NCBI GenBank assembly: GCA_051531975.1
Contig: JAOPTT010000006.1
Coordinates: 654,977-718,976 of the forward strand
Length of the DNA: 64,000 nt
Origin: Spirochaetaceae bacterium
GTDB taxonomy: Bacteria > Spirochaetota > Spirochaetia > DSM-2461
Direction: 5' to 3'
In this document: positions 1 through 10,107 of the stretch, one piece after another
How the letters are laid out: each line of letters begins with the position of its first letter
Position numbering within the stretch: the first letter of the stretch is position 1
Program-made: the position numbers and the translations under genes
Notes under the pieces: model-generated
What the model was told of the DNA's origin: nothing
Databases searched by the model: none
Seen by the model: only the letters and a program-made list of their open reading frames with translations

Positions 1-703
1 CATCAAAATATCTACCACTTCTAATATTACCTACATTGATTTTGAATAAATAGGTGTAAAGTTCGGATATCAATCCAATTGTTTCATAAGGGACACAATA
101 GTATAGCTTATCAATAACCTTAAGTTTATAATTATCGATACCATCAGAGTCTATATAGAAACACTCAAATAGATCAGTAGGACTCCTAACATCTAATCCT
201 TTATATTGGATATAGTGTATTAAAAAGTCACTACATATACTAATAGCTAAATTGATCATATAGTTTCTTTTATTGTGCGTAAGGAGAGTATCGTAGTATT
301 TAATACATCTTTGATTAAGTAGCTTTATCCCTGTAGGTATTAAGTCGATCAACTTCTTTTTAGTTAGAACAAAACTTTCATTGTTATATAAAGGTACTTC
401 TTTAACCTTTTTACTAATATCCATCATTTTTAAACAGATTGATCTAGATAGTTTATGATCAGGACCAGTTGCGAAGTATAGAGTAACTTTATCGTTACTT
501 TTAAAGCTGATACTTATTAGAGCTTCCCTATTATGAATCTTTAACTTGTAGTTAGCTTGAGAACCATTGTTTAGTTCTGTTTTGACATAGCTAGCACTCC
601 TATCAAAACCTTTAAGTGCTCTATTCAAGATACTATCTATATCCTTCTTGTTAATATCGACATCTGTATATGATGTCTTCTTCTTGTTCCTACTATTGCT
701 CAT
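1..703 (-). CDS. RnlA/LsoA-like toxin-family protein (runs off the window's left edge; absent from the ORF track)
   Basis: Manual translation from ATG at 703 (GGAGA RBS upstream) is open to position 1. The N-terminus 'SYTDVDINKKDID...ISISFKSNDKVTLYFATGPDHKLSRSICLKM' resembles the RnlA N-terminal domain as I recall it. Confidence 0.5.
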   Translation of the reverse strand, partial: MSNSRNKKKTSYTDVDINKKDIDSILNRALKGFDRSASYVKTELNNGSQANYKLKIHNREALISISFKSNDKVTLYFATGPDHKLSRSICLKMMDISKKVKEVPLYNNESFVLTKKKLIDLIPTGIKLLNQRCIKYYDTLLTHNKRNYMINLAISICSDFLIHYIQYKGLDVRSPTDLFECFYIDSDGIDNYKLKVIDKLYYCVPYETIGLISELYTYLFKINVGNIRSGRYFD

Positions 704-835
704 AGTCCACTCTCCTATTTACAACATGTATATAGGATTTATAACTATAATTTGTGAACAAATACACTTACCCACTAATACAATACATCTAATATCTATA
801 ACTCTATACTACTAATCTATACAAAGGTATTATTA

Positions 836-1117
836 GCTTGAATGTGTATTCATTCTTATTTTTAGAATTATCATTACTTTTATATTTACTACACATTCAA
901 GCACATACTTGGTATAAGACTTATAATCATAATAGTTTCTATATAGTTGTTATAATACGTACACTAACGAGTTACTGCATCATTAAGGAGTAACTACTAT
1001 ACGATAAGGTATAGTTACTCCTTAATGATGCAGAATAGAGGAAATAGAACTATATCTTTATTTTTATATTTCTTGTTTTATTTATTCTTTTTATTAAAGT
1101 TCTATTACCTCTATTCT
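836..1117. repeat. Cluster of three inverted repeats, putative replication origin
   Basis: 13-bp IR 836-848/890-902; perfect 22-bp IR 975-996/1012-1033; 20-bp IR with 1 mismatch 1032-1051/1098-1117. Lies directly downstream of the rep-like gene. Confidence 0.75.
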
Positions 1118-1234
1118 TGTACGTATTAATTAATAGAGTCCATTTTTTTATTGATTATGTAAACCTTCCTAAAGATGATACAGTTTCTATGTACCACAAA
1201 CTGATTCAACCATTATTTTATATAAATATGGATA

Positions 1235-2065
1235 CTACACTCTCGATGCACCACACCCGGATTCAACCATTATCTTGTATAGATATGGGTGCAAAGCCTT
1301 GAACGAGCCAGAATCTATTATATGAAAATATTTACTTTTCAAATATTTCCTACTGTACTTAACAAGCATAGGTTTAATTTTCTTCTTAAACTCTGTTAAA
1401 TTATAGTTAAGGTCTCCCAGGGACATTTCTTTGAATTCCCTTTTTCGTAACAAATATTCAAATCTATATAAATGTTCATCACACTTAAAACCAAAATAAC
1501 GAAGCTTTTTAGTTCTATCATATATTTTAGCAAAGGATTTGTATTTCTCATGATTTTCAGGATTTCTATCATAAATATAAGTACTTTTTTCAGAATCATC
1601 TTTCAGCTTTCTATCCTTACTGTATATTGTCATTCCCAATTTATGAAAAAGAACATATCTAAATGGCCCATGAAATGGTACTGTATGAAAAAGGTACATG
1701 TTAGCTGGAAAATCGAATGCATATTCAAACTCAAAAACTGTTACATCTTTAACAAATTCTTCCCAATCCAAATCGCTTTTGAATAAAGGCTCATCTTGTT
1801 TCATATTTTCATCAATTGTATTCTTTATACAATCCAGTAGTCTGTACTCATAATCAAAGATATCATCGTGAAACACTACGTGAAAGTACTTCTCACAATA
1901 TTTTAAACAAGTAATATAGCTTTTGGTATCCCTATATTTTCGTGAAGCTTCCACAATTAAGTTAATATACTTTATAGGAATTCTTAAAGTAATCTTATCT
2001 ACAGATTCATACTTATTAATTTTACAATTATTATCAACATACTTAGGTAAACTATCTTTTCCCAT
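1235..2065 (-). CDS. Putative replication initiation protein (Rep_trans/phage CRI-like)
   Basis: Motif order 'FEFEYAFDF', 'STYIYD', 'AKIYDRTKK', 'LYRFEY' matches the rxDlAxD / txYxG / xiYdK / xRxE pattern of Rep_trans-type initiators. Confidence 0.6.
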   Translation of the reverse strand: MGKDSLPKYVDNNCKINKYESVDKITLRIPIKYINLIVEASRKYRDTKSYITCLKYCEKYFHVVFHDDIFDYEYRLLDCIKNTIDENMKQDEPLFKSDLDWEEFVKDVTVFEFEYAFDFPANMYLFHTVPFHGPFRYVLFHKLGMTIYSKDRKLKDDSEKSTYIYDRNPENHEKYKSFAKIYDRTKKLRYFGFKCDEHLYRFEYLLRKREFKEMSLGDLNYNLTEFKKKIKPMLVKYSRKYLKSKYFHIIDSGSFKALHPYLYKIMVESGCGASRV

Positions 2066-2515
2066 AGTTAACTCCTTCTTTTTATATGTTTCTGCTTTAT
2101 ATATAAGAATAATAAGTGAGTGCAGAATTTTGCATTAGGGACATAGATTAAAAGAAGCTATTATTTCTATTAAGATTAATTTTATTTACCGTGAACGATA
2201 ATTATAGTATCATTTTATTATTAAAAATAGATTTAAAGGTAGTTAAAATGCAACTAGGTTTTACAGGATTAAAAGAGAAACATAGAGCAAGTAGAGATAA
2301 CTGGACTTCAACTAATGCTCAAACAACTGGATTGAAAGTACACTGTGCCTTAGTTGGTTAAAATCAGCAGAAGAGTGACTACTAACACTGAAATAGGTCA
2401 TATCTATCAATGGATACCTTTTAACTCTTTATATTGTCAATAAAGTATACCTAATAGATGTGACTATTCTATTCGACTGAATAAGATACTATTTCGTCTG
2501 AACTCAATTGAAAGA

Positions 2516-3076
2516 CTATATAGCTATCATTTTGTAATTATCACTGAACTTATGCACAATTACATAATCCTGCAAATCACACAACGCAATTTCATTAAAA
2601 TCAATATAATTAAAATCGTTAAGAAAACCTTTCTTATTGGTAGTTTCAACAAATAGCGATATAAAACTTTTACTAGTTAAGTTATCTTTATTTAATTTTA
2701 AACATATTTTTAGGAATAGGTTTATATCATGGAATTTAGTATCTTTTATCGAATTTATTTTTAAACCTTTTAACAGCAATGTATAATACTCCATCAGTGA
2801 GTTATCTACCTGCTCTAGCTGCTTTTTCCCTAGTCCACGGTATCTACCATACACATCATTTAGAGAATCTTCTTTATTGATAATACTAATTATTTCATTC
2901 TCTTTTGTACTATTCAAAACTGTAACAATATTATTGATCCTAGTTGGACCAATCTTTATTTCTAGTACCGAACAAGTATTTATCACATCAGTACCATCAA
3001 TGTTCTTATTAAGTGATTTTAAGTGTTCTACTACAAGTGAATCATTAGTTAGAGTCTGTTCTCTAGTTTTACCCAT
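2516..3076 (-). CDS. Hypothetical protein
   Basis: 186-aa ORF, no recognised family. Confidence 0.55.
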   Translation of the reverse strand: MGKTREQTLTNDSLVVEHLKSLNKNIDGTDVINTCSVLEIKIGPTRINNIVTVLNSTKENEIISIINKEDSLNDVYGRYRGLGKKQLEQVDNSLMEYYTLLLKGLKINSIKDTKFHDINLFLKICLKLNKDNLTSKSFISLFVETTNKKGFLNDFNYIDFNEIALCDLQDYVIVHKFSDNYKMIAI

Positions 3077-3209
3077 AATAGAAAGCTATATAAAAAAAGG
3101 TTTTGTGTAAATAATGACTACCCTCTTTTGACAGTAATAAGATATTTACATATTAAGTTCTCAATTTATGTATTCTCAATAATATAATGTACATTGAAAC
3201 AATATGGAA

Positions 3210-3504
3210 TTAAGATGTAGGATCTAACGCTATAGCTATCTATGTGATCTTTAGATATCAATATACAGAAATAATTAACCATTTAACCTATAGATATACT
3301 CTTGTACTTTAGAGTTATGCAGTAGCACTGTTTATTGATGCTAAAAGGTAGAATTATCCTTCAATATTAACGATCTGATATTACAGTATATAACCAAATA
3401 TTGATTCCCGGGAAACAGTTATATATTATCAGTCAGTCCTTTAGTTGGAATGATATTTATACATCTTAACTTGATGTGATTCCAGCTATACATAATTTCA
3501 ATAC
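3210..3504. repeat. Copy A of a ~280-bp degenerate intergenic repeat
   Basis: Collinear blocks shared with 5896-6164: TAAGATGTAGG, TTTATTGATGCT, ATTCCCGG-AAACAG, CAGTCAGT, TGATATTTATA, TGATGTG, CTATACATA. Confidence 0.75.
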
Positions 3505-3843
3505 AATGTGTTCATCAGATAGATCTAGAGGAACTATTTTGACTTTGTAATTAATATCTACGACTACAGGAGTTAGTGTTAACCAGGGAGTCTTATATCT
3601 ACACCTCTAAATCAAAAATAGCACTCTGAGGGGCTAACACTAAACGTGGAGATGTAGTATTAAAATCAAAAAAATCGACAATTTGATTGGTGCCGTATCA
3701 CGGTTTTAATGTGGAGATATTTCTATTCTTAAATTGTCGTCGACTTGTCGTTATGGTATGGTGTAAGTCACTTTGTATGGTTTAAGTAGCGAAAGATTTC
3801 CATAATAAGAATAAGCAGGGCTCATTCCCCTGTTTCTCATTAT

Positions 3844-4677
3844 TTATATAGTAACCTCTACCAGTTCCAATTCATATTTTCCATGTATTTTTTTAGTTTC
3901 TAAAAAGGTTATATCATCATTTCTATCTGATAATTTGCCTATAATATGTTTTTTTAAATCATATGGAACTTTTAAACCAAAAATTATTTGGCCTATACTT
4001 CCTTCAATTAAGTATACTTTTTTTGTTGGAATATTATGAAGTGGTAATATAATCCTATATTCCTCTTCATAGCTCCATAAAGAAGACTTAGAATAAAGAA
4101 TGTCTTTAACCTTACCTGAGTTATCTTTAAAGGGATTTAAAATATGTGGAACTAGATCATTTTTGGGATAATAAATAGCTTTTGCAATTAGACTTCCATT
4201 ATCTAACTCATGATTCTTTTTATTATGGACGGATGTGTTTGTTTTTACATTAATAGCTATGAGATCTTTTCTTACTTCTGACTTAATCCCTACGCAGATT
4301 CCAGTATGATTATATGCATAATGTGACCACATTAGAATATTCTTAGGGTCTTTCGATAAACATAAAACTCTAAAACCATCTGTTACCGCGGTTATGTTTT
4401 TTATAAATTTATCATAATTAAACGCCCCAATTCCAACTAGTTTAACACCATACTTTTCTTCATAGGGACTATTTTCAAAATACTCTATAGCTTCACTGGG
4501 TTTATAATGGGATTCAAAAACAAATTGAGAGTCGAAAGGATCATTAAAATCATTTGGATTAGAAAAATATAATTCTCCTTTAGTTATCAATGCATCAGTG
4601 AACTCATTAACTTTATAGTTGTTATCTTTATCTGTGGTAAATAATGGTCGATATTTATATAGATATTGGTCACTCAA
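3844..4677 (-). CDS. DUF2971 domain protein
   Basis: 'LYFSNPNDFNDPFD', 'LCLSKDPKNILMWSHYAYNHTGICVG', 'KSSLWSYEEEYR'. Confidence 0.85.
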   Translation of the reverse strand: MSDQYLYKYRPLFTTDKDNNYKVNEFTDALITKGELYFSNPNDFNDPFDSQFVFESHYKPSEAIEYFENSPYEEKYGVKLVGIGAFNYDKFIKNITAVTDGFRVLCLSKDPKNILMWSHYAYNHTGICVGIKSEVRKDLIAINVKTNTSVHNKKNHELDNGSLIAKAIYYPKNDLVPHILNPFKDNSGKVKDILYSKSSLWSYEEEYRIILPLHNIPTKKVYLIEGSIGQIIFGLKVPYDLKKHIIGKLSDRNDDITFLETKKIHGKYELELVEVTI

Positions 4678-4711
4678 AAAAACTCCTTTATTAAATTGCT
4701 AGTTTCAATAT

Positions 4712-5773
4712 TTACAACATCTTTAAGTATTTCTTATATACCCAACCGGAAACCGTGATTTCGTTTATATAATCAAAGAATGTTACATATATCCACTTTC
4801 CTTTTCTTTTTTCTAATAACACTTTTTGATTTGGGTGTAAAACTGTGATGATTTCATTTTTAGTCGAAGGTTTAGACCGTATGTTTACAGTTCTTGTCAC
4901 AATGTAAAAAGTTGCATCTTGATTTACTACACTATAGTAATCAACCATAAAATCAACTATCTTTGATTGAGATTTTTCAATCAAGGATAATTTTTCGAAA
5001 TTGACTTCTTGATTAGTATCGATCTTCTCTTCAAGTATCACTTGATTACTATCAATTTTATCTTCAAGTTCGGTACTTTCATATTGGCTGTATATAAAAA
5101 ATAAAATACTTAAAATTAAGCTAGTAATAGCAATAAATCCTTCTAAACTTACAATAGTGGGTTTGTTATTGGTTATATGCTTAATTATATTTTGTTGAAA
5201 TTGTTCAAGCCGAACTTCAATATCATCAGTAGAAGTACTTGATGGATCTAATATTTCAGCATTAGAAAAAGTTTCTTCCAAATTACTTTCTTCATATAAA
5301 TCAGAATTTGCTACAAACTGAGTAACAAAGTCAAATGTGTTAAACATGTTTCTATGAGTCTTAAGTTCATCTGAAATATGAGAAGTATCAAACATTGCCT
5401 TCTGGGCTTCAAAAGCAGCAGTTATATAAGAAGTATCAAACATAGCCTTCTGGGCTTCAAAAGCAGCAGTTATATAAGAAGTATCAAACATTGCCTTCTG
5501 GGCTTCAAAAGCAGCAGTTATATGAGATGTATCAAAAATATTCATCTGAGTCTTAAGTGCTTTAGTGATAAAAGAAGTATCAAAAATATTCATCTGAACC
5601 TTAAGTGCTTTAGTGATATAAGAAGTATCAAACATAGCCTTCTGGGCTTCAAAAGCAGCAGTTATATGAGATGTATCAAACATAGTTTTTTGTGCGTCAA
5701 TGACATTAAAAATATTACTATATTGATTAACATTTATTTTACTTGCTAATTTTGAAATTTGATCAATATTCAT
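4712..5773 (-). CDS. Membrane protein with N-terminal 16-aa repeats and C-terminal bacterial SH3 domain
   Basis: Seven FDTS-initiated 16-aa repeats, one TM segment, then 'VNIRSKPSTKNEIITVL...KWIYV...SGWVYKKYL'. Confidence 0.8.
   Translation of the reverse strand: MNIDQISKLASKINVNQYSNIFNVIDAQKTMFDTSHITAAFEAQKAMFDTSYITKALKVQMNIFDTSFITKALKTQMNIFDTSHITAAFEAQKAMFDTSYITAAFEAQKAMFDTSYITAAFEAQKAMFDTSHISDELKTHRNMFNTFDFVTQFVANSDLYEESNLEETFSNAEILDPSSTSTDDIEVRLEQFQQNIIKHITNNKPTIVSLEGFIAITSLILSILFFIYSQYESTELEDKIDSNQVILEEKIDTNQEVNFEKLSLIEKSQSKIVDFMVDYYSVVNQDATFYIVTRTVNIRSKPSTKNEIITVLHPNQKVLLEKRKGKWIYVTFFDYINEITVSGWVYKKYLKML
5345..5680. repeat. 48-bp intragenic tandem repeat, 7 units of two main types
   Basis: GTATCAAA recurs every 48 bp and encodes FDTS(H/Y)ITAAFEAQKAM or FDTS(Y/F)ITKALK(V/T)QMNI. 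Confidence 0.9.
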
Positions 5774-5895
5774 TATTTACCTCAATTAGATTTTAACACC
5801 TAAACTAATTGATTATCAATAACATATATATTAAATCTATTTACAATCAATTTACGTATCCATTAGATATTTAGGTTAATTAAGCTAATACAATG

Positions 5896-6164
5896 TTAAG
5901 ATGTAGGTTCTAATTATATAGCGATCTGTAGATATTGATCATTTGATCTGGACATAAATCTATAAACTGCAAAGTTAAGCAGTTACATAATTTATTGATG
6001 CTTAGATATAGGTAAAAACCGCAATGTGAATGATCTAATATTATAATACATACCTAAATATTAATTCCCGGTAAACAGCAATATCTTAACAGTCAGTTCA
6101 GCTATATTTGGTTGATATTTATAATCTTATCCTGATGTGGTTCTACTATACATATTATCAACAC
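5896..6164. repeat. Copy B of the ~280-bp degenerate intergenic repeat
   Basis: Collinear similarity with 3210-3504. Confidence 0.75.
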
Positions 6165-6303
6165 GGAGTGATGTACAAATACTTCTATAATTACTATTAT
6201 TTCATTACAAAGATAATAAAAATGTAAGATATTAGAAGTAAATACTCTATTCTTTTTGTAGAGTAATTTATATATATTGCAGAAAACTTTTTTTTTCGTA
6301 AAA

Positions 6304-7014
6304 CTAATCAAATAATAGTGCTATTTTTTCTTCGTTCTCTTGTCTGAAAATATCATCAAGAATCTCTTGTCCATCAATTATATCATCAGGATCATTTTCT
6401 TCAAAAGTTATGACATCACTCTTTTGTTCATTATATACAATATTGATTATTTTTTTAGAAGTAAGTACTTTAAAATTTCTATCAAGTGGTTCCTTAATCA
6501 TTTTCTCGAGAATATCGATTAAATTTTTACAATTATCAGCTTTTATACCACTTAGCATTTTATCGATACCAGTTTTAAATTTGTTAATTTCAGTGCTAAT
6601 ATTATGGCAAGCTATTGAATATATTTGTGAATCACCAGCTGTAGACAATATAGCATTATTCATTTCAAATATACTTTTTTCCATTTGAGTTCTAATAATG
6701 GAAACTGTTTGTTCAATAAGGCTTTCACTGAATTCTCCAGTAAGATCACTTTCTATTCCAGTTTGTAATGGTTTAAGATCTTCAATTATCATGAGCCTTA
6801 ATAATGTTGTAGTTTTGATTATTGTTTGTGACACATTTTCAAGATCGTTTAATTCACTAAAAGCTTTACAAGAAACAATCCATCTATAAATAGGATTTAT
6901 CCTTTGAAGATAATAAACATAGGCACATCTACTTTCTATAGATATTTGATTCAGCTGTTTCTTATTAAGTTCAGGATTCTTAAATATAATCTGTAGTTTA
7001 TTTTTTTCTGACAA
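6304..7014 (-). CDS. Hypothetical helical protein with acidic C-terminus
   Basis: 236-aa ORF with TTG start; no family recognised. Confidence 0.6.
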   Translation of the reverse strand: MSEKNKLQIIFKNPELNKKQLNQISIESRCAYVYYLQRINPIYRWIVSCKAFSELNDLENVSQTIIKTTTLLRLMIIEDLKPLQTGIESDLTGEFSESLIEQTVSIIRTQMEKSIFEMNNAILSTAGDSQIYSIACHNISTEINKFKTGIDKMLSGIKADNCKNLIDILEKMIKEPLDRNFKVLTSKKIINIVYNEQKSDVITFEENDPDDIIDGQEILDDIFRQENEEKIALLFD

Positions 7015-7487
7015 CGAGAGACCCCTATAAAAGCAATGATTAGGTTAATATTAACATTATGATAAAACTTTTATAAGAAAAATGAATACTTATTTATATT
7101 TTTCTTTAAAGAACTTCAAAATAAAATTAACGATAACTTTGAATCAAAAGAAATATAAATTGTTTTAATTTTCGTAAGAGATTTTATTTTCTTAGCAATA
7201 TGAACTTTCTGTATCCGATATATATATTTATAATCATCCATATAAGTCACTATTATCATATCTGTTAAATTACACTGATAAAATTTAATTATGTCTTCGG
7301 AAGTAATTATAAAAATACTAATTACAAATATTTTTGAATGAAAATGAATGCCGTCACACTTTTTAATTTTATCCATATCAAACTCAGTACGATAATTATT
7401 TACTTTGATATGTAGTACATTAAAAATATATTACTGGTTTTTATAACATTTAATATTATATAATATAATCACTTATTGGAGCTTATA

Positions 7488-9236
7488 ATGAAATATATTA
7501 AAAATGACAAATTAATAAATGATAAACTTAGTAAGGGTTTTGTTTATTTTATACAACGTATGGATGAACTCTTATTTAATTACTCACTCGCCACTTATAA
7601 ACCTATGGCACTTAATACTCCATCATTATGCGTAGAAGCTTTAAGAACAATTAAGGAAATAAAAAATAATAATATAAATGAAAAGAATATTGTACATATT
7701 CTTGATGAATTAAATGAAGTTTTAAAAGGTGATACTGCAGCAAAAAAACTTATATTGGCAGATGCCAATTTCTATACAAACTTTAACGAAAGCATAATTT
7801 TAGAAGATCTATCAGATAGGTTATCACTATTAGAACGAAGTCTAGATAGAGATAGATATACTAATAAAATAATAGAATTACTTTTAATAGCAATATCTAA
7901 TAGTAATATAAGTGATATTGATCATCTATCAAAAAACTTGATTACAGTTTATGAAAACCGAGGTGTAAGTAAAAGGTTTCTTTATCAAGAATTCTATTCA
8001 TTTTTCTTTACTGGAGACGAAATTGATAATGATTCATTTGCTAATGAGTTTTTTGAAAGATTAAAACCTATTGGGCATTTATTTTCAGTCTATTTTAAAG
8101 TTAGCAATGAGATTTTGAAATTTAAGGATTCATTTAAATACTTCAAAATTAATGTTGTGGATGAATCAGATGAAAAGCTAGATCCTTTATTAAAAGAAAA
8201 ATTATCAAATGTAATATTCAATCCTAAAAACGGATATTGTCTAATAAAAATTGATAAAATAAGAAGTTTTGATCCATTTACAGCTCGAGAGCAAGCAGAG
8301 AGAGAGTTAGAAACATTAAAGAATACATCACAATTGTATTATCACAATACGAGCTTCTATTGGACAAGAAAATCGATTGCTGTTCAAGATTGCTGTTCTT
8401 CAAAAATAATTATTGTTAATAGGAATATTAATCCTATGATCAGTGACACTATTTTCTCTCCTTCAGATGTTGTTAAGAAAACAAATTGGGTATTTAAAAA
8501 TATTTCTTTACAAGGAGAAAGTTTTTACAAATTTAATAGAGCTATAGAATTACATAGTAATTCTGTTCACAATTTACAGACTGAAAATCAACTAGTAAAC
8601 CTCTGGACAATCTTTGAAACTATAGTACCCACTCGAGACAACACAGCAAAGGTTAACAATATCATAAATGAAGTTATACCTATAATACTTTTCAAATATT
8701 ATTCTAAAATACTCGATAATCTATATAAAGATTTGAAAAGATGGAATAAAAGTACACTGCACTCTATCATAAGTACGATCACTGAAAATGGTTCAAACTT
8801 GGAAAAAATGGTAATCTTTTTATGTGATACAAAATATGATACTAAGTTGCAACAATTATATAGTGATCTAGATGATTTTCATCTTTTAAGGAGTAGAATA
8901 TTTAAAATAAGAGAATTTCTATTAGATAAAAATAAACTATTGAAAAATTTAAATAGGCATGAAAAAAATGTAGTATGGCAGATCCACAGAATATATCGTA
9001 CTAGAAACCTTATTGTACATTCGGGTGTTAAGGCAACTTATATTAATACTTTGATTTCAAATACTCATGACTATATTGATCAGATAATATTTGAAATTAT
9101 TAACTTGTCTACTTCAAGCTACCATGTCTATACTTTAAAACAAAGCTTTGGAATATCTAAATTAAAATACAAAGATTTGATAAAAACGATTGAAGGATCA
9201 AAATCATATAAGAGCTATTTTAAAAAATTAATATAG
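7488..9236 (+). CDS. ApeA-like HEPN domain protein (candidate anti-phage RNase)
   Basis: C-terminal 'QLVNLWTIFETI' and HEPN Rx4H motif 'YRTRNLIVHSG'. ATG at 7488 follows a GGAG RBS. Confidence 0.7.
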   Translation: MKYIKNDKLINDKLSKGFVYFIQRMDELLFNYSLATYKPMALNTPSLCVEALRTIKEIKNNNINEKNIVHILDELNEVLKGDTAAKKLILADANFYTNFNESIILEDLSDRLSLLERSLDRDRYTNKIIELLLIAISNSNISDIDHLSKNLITVYENRGVSKRFLYQEFYSFFFTGDEIDNDSFANEFFERLKPIGHLFSVYFKVSNEILKFKDSFKYFKINVVDESDEKLDPLLKEKLSNVIFNPKNGYCLIKIDKIRSFDPFTAREQAERELETLKNTSQLYYHNTSFYWTRKSIAVQDCCSSKIIIVNRNINPMISDTIFSPSDVVKKTNWVFKNISLQGESFYKFNRAIELHSNSVHNLQTENQLVNLWTIFETIVPTRDNTAKVNNIINEVIPIILFKYYSKILDNLYKDLKRWNKSTLHSIISTITENGSNLEKMVIFLCDTKYDTKLQQLYSDLDDFHLLRSRIFKIREFLLDKNKLLKNLNRHEKNVVWQIHRIYRTRNLIVHSGVKATYINTLISNTHDYIDQIIFEIINLSTSSYHVYTLKQSFGISKLKYKDLIKTIEGSKSYKSYFKKLI

Positions 9237-9879
9237 AGAATTACCAAATGCATCATTTTCAATAAAGAAACCTCAATTACTGGAATTTCCATCATTTGCA
9301 GTATAAGAGACAAATTTAATCTCAAATACTAGCTATCTAAAAGTAATGAAATGAAAAATTCTGGTTAGTGATAGTAATGATGTCCAAACTTAGCCATAGC
9401 TATCAGATTATTTAACATAAAAATGTAACGACCATAAACACCTAATTATATAGATAACCTAAAATATTCATCTGGTGTGACCAAAACCCAAAACTGTAAT
9501 CAAAAAAAATAGATAAGTGTAAAAAGGTTCTTGGAAAGTTCGTTTCGCTAAACACGGATATATTGACCTATGATCTGATGCTGTTGGAAATCACAGGATT
9601 ATGCAGTTGGAACCTACAATTGATATTATTAAAATATCCCGGTGTTATTTAGTATACAGCCAAACTCATATTTGATAATTACTTTATTACCATCAACTGG
9701 ACTAACAACAGTGCCAATGAGATAAATCTAAATATCAGATAAGCATTATTCAAGGTTGGTCAAAGATTATTTTTTGATGTGGATAAACTATTAAACATAA
9801 TTATAGATCTCTGTAGCTATTATCTAAGTAGGTACAGTATAAGAAATAAGAATCACTCGAGGTGGAGGGTTATTTTAAT

Positions 9880-10037
9880 TGTGAACAAAATTGTGAACAA
9901 AAAAAATACAAAACTGTACAAAAGCAGACAAACCCATATAAATCAAAATGTTTTAAATCCTTTTAATATATAAAGTTATACAAAACAGTACAAAGCTATA
10001 CAAATAATGATATCAGGTTCGATTCCCTCCACCTCCA
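9880..10037 (+). repeat. att-like unit 1 (arm plus tmRNA 3'-end core)
   Basis: TGTGAACAA x2 (9880, 9892); phased motifs at 9907/17/27/37 and 9969/79/89/99; core GGTTCGATTCCCTCCACCTCCA at 10016-10037. Confidence 0.85.
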
Positions 10038-10045
10038 AAAACAAG

Positions 10046-10093
10046 ACTCTTGTAATTCTATATACAGAAAAGAATTACAAGAGTTTTTCTTTT
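10046..10093 (+). terminator. Intrinsic terminator following core 1
   Basis: Perfect 14-bp stem ACTCTTGTAATTCT (10046-10059) / AGAATTACAAGAGT (10071-10084) plus T-tract. Confidence 0.8.
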
Positions 10094-10107
10094 GATACAT
10101 ATTCAAA

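Noticed and set aside
2248..2361. 37-aa small ORF on + strand
   Set aside because: Weak RBS and no recognisable features; cannot be supported.
6304..7014. CheZ-like phosphatase ('SDLTG', C-terminal 'IALLFD')
   Set aside because: The resemblance is limited to a few residues and the catalytic DxxxQ motif is not present.
9476..9510. Isolated TGTGACCAAAAC (and a weaker match near 22180) as additional att units
   Set aside because: No phased hexamer blocks or core follow; at most highly decayed remnants.
9779..9973. 64-aa ORF on + strand
   Set aside because: It overlaps att unit 1 and is probably a chance open frame in A-rich repeats.
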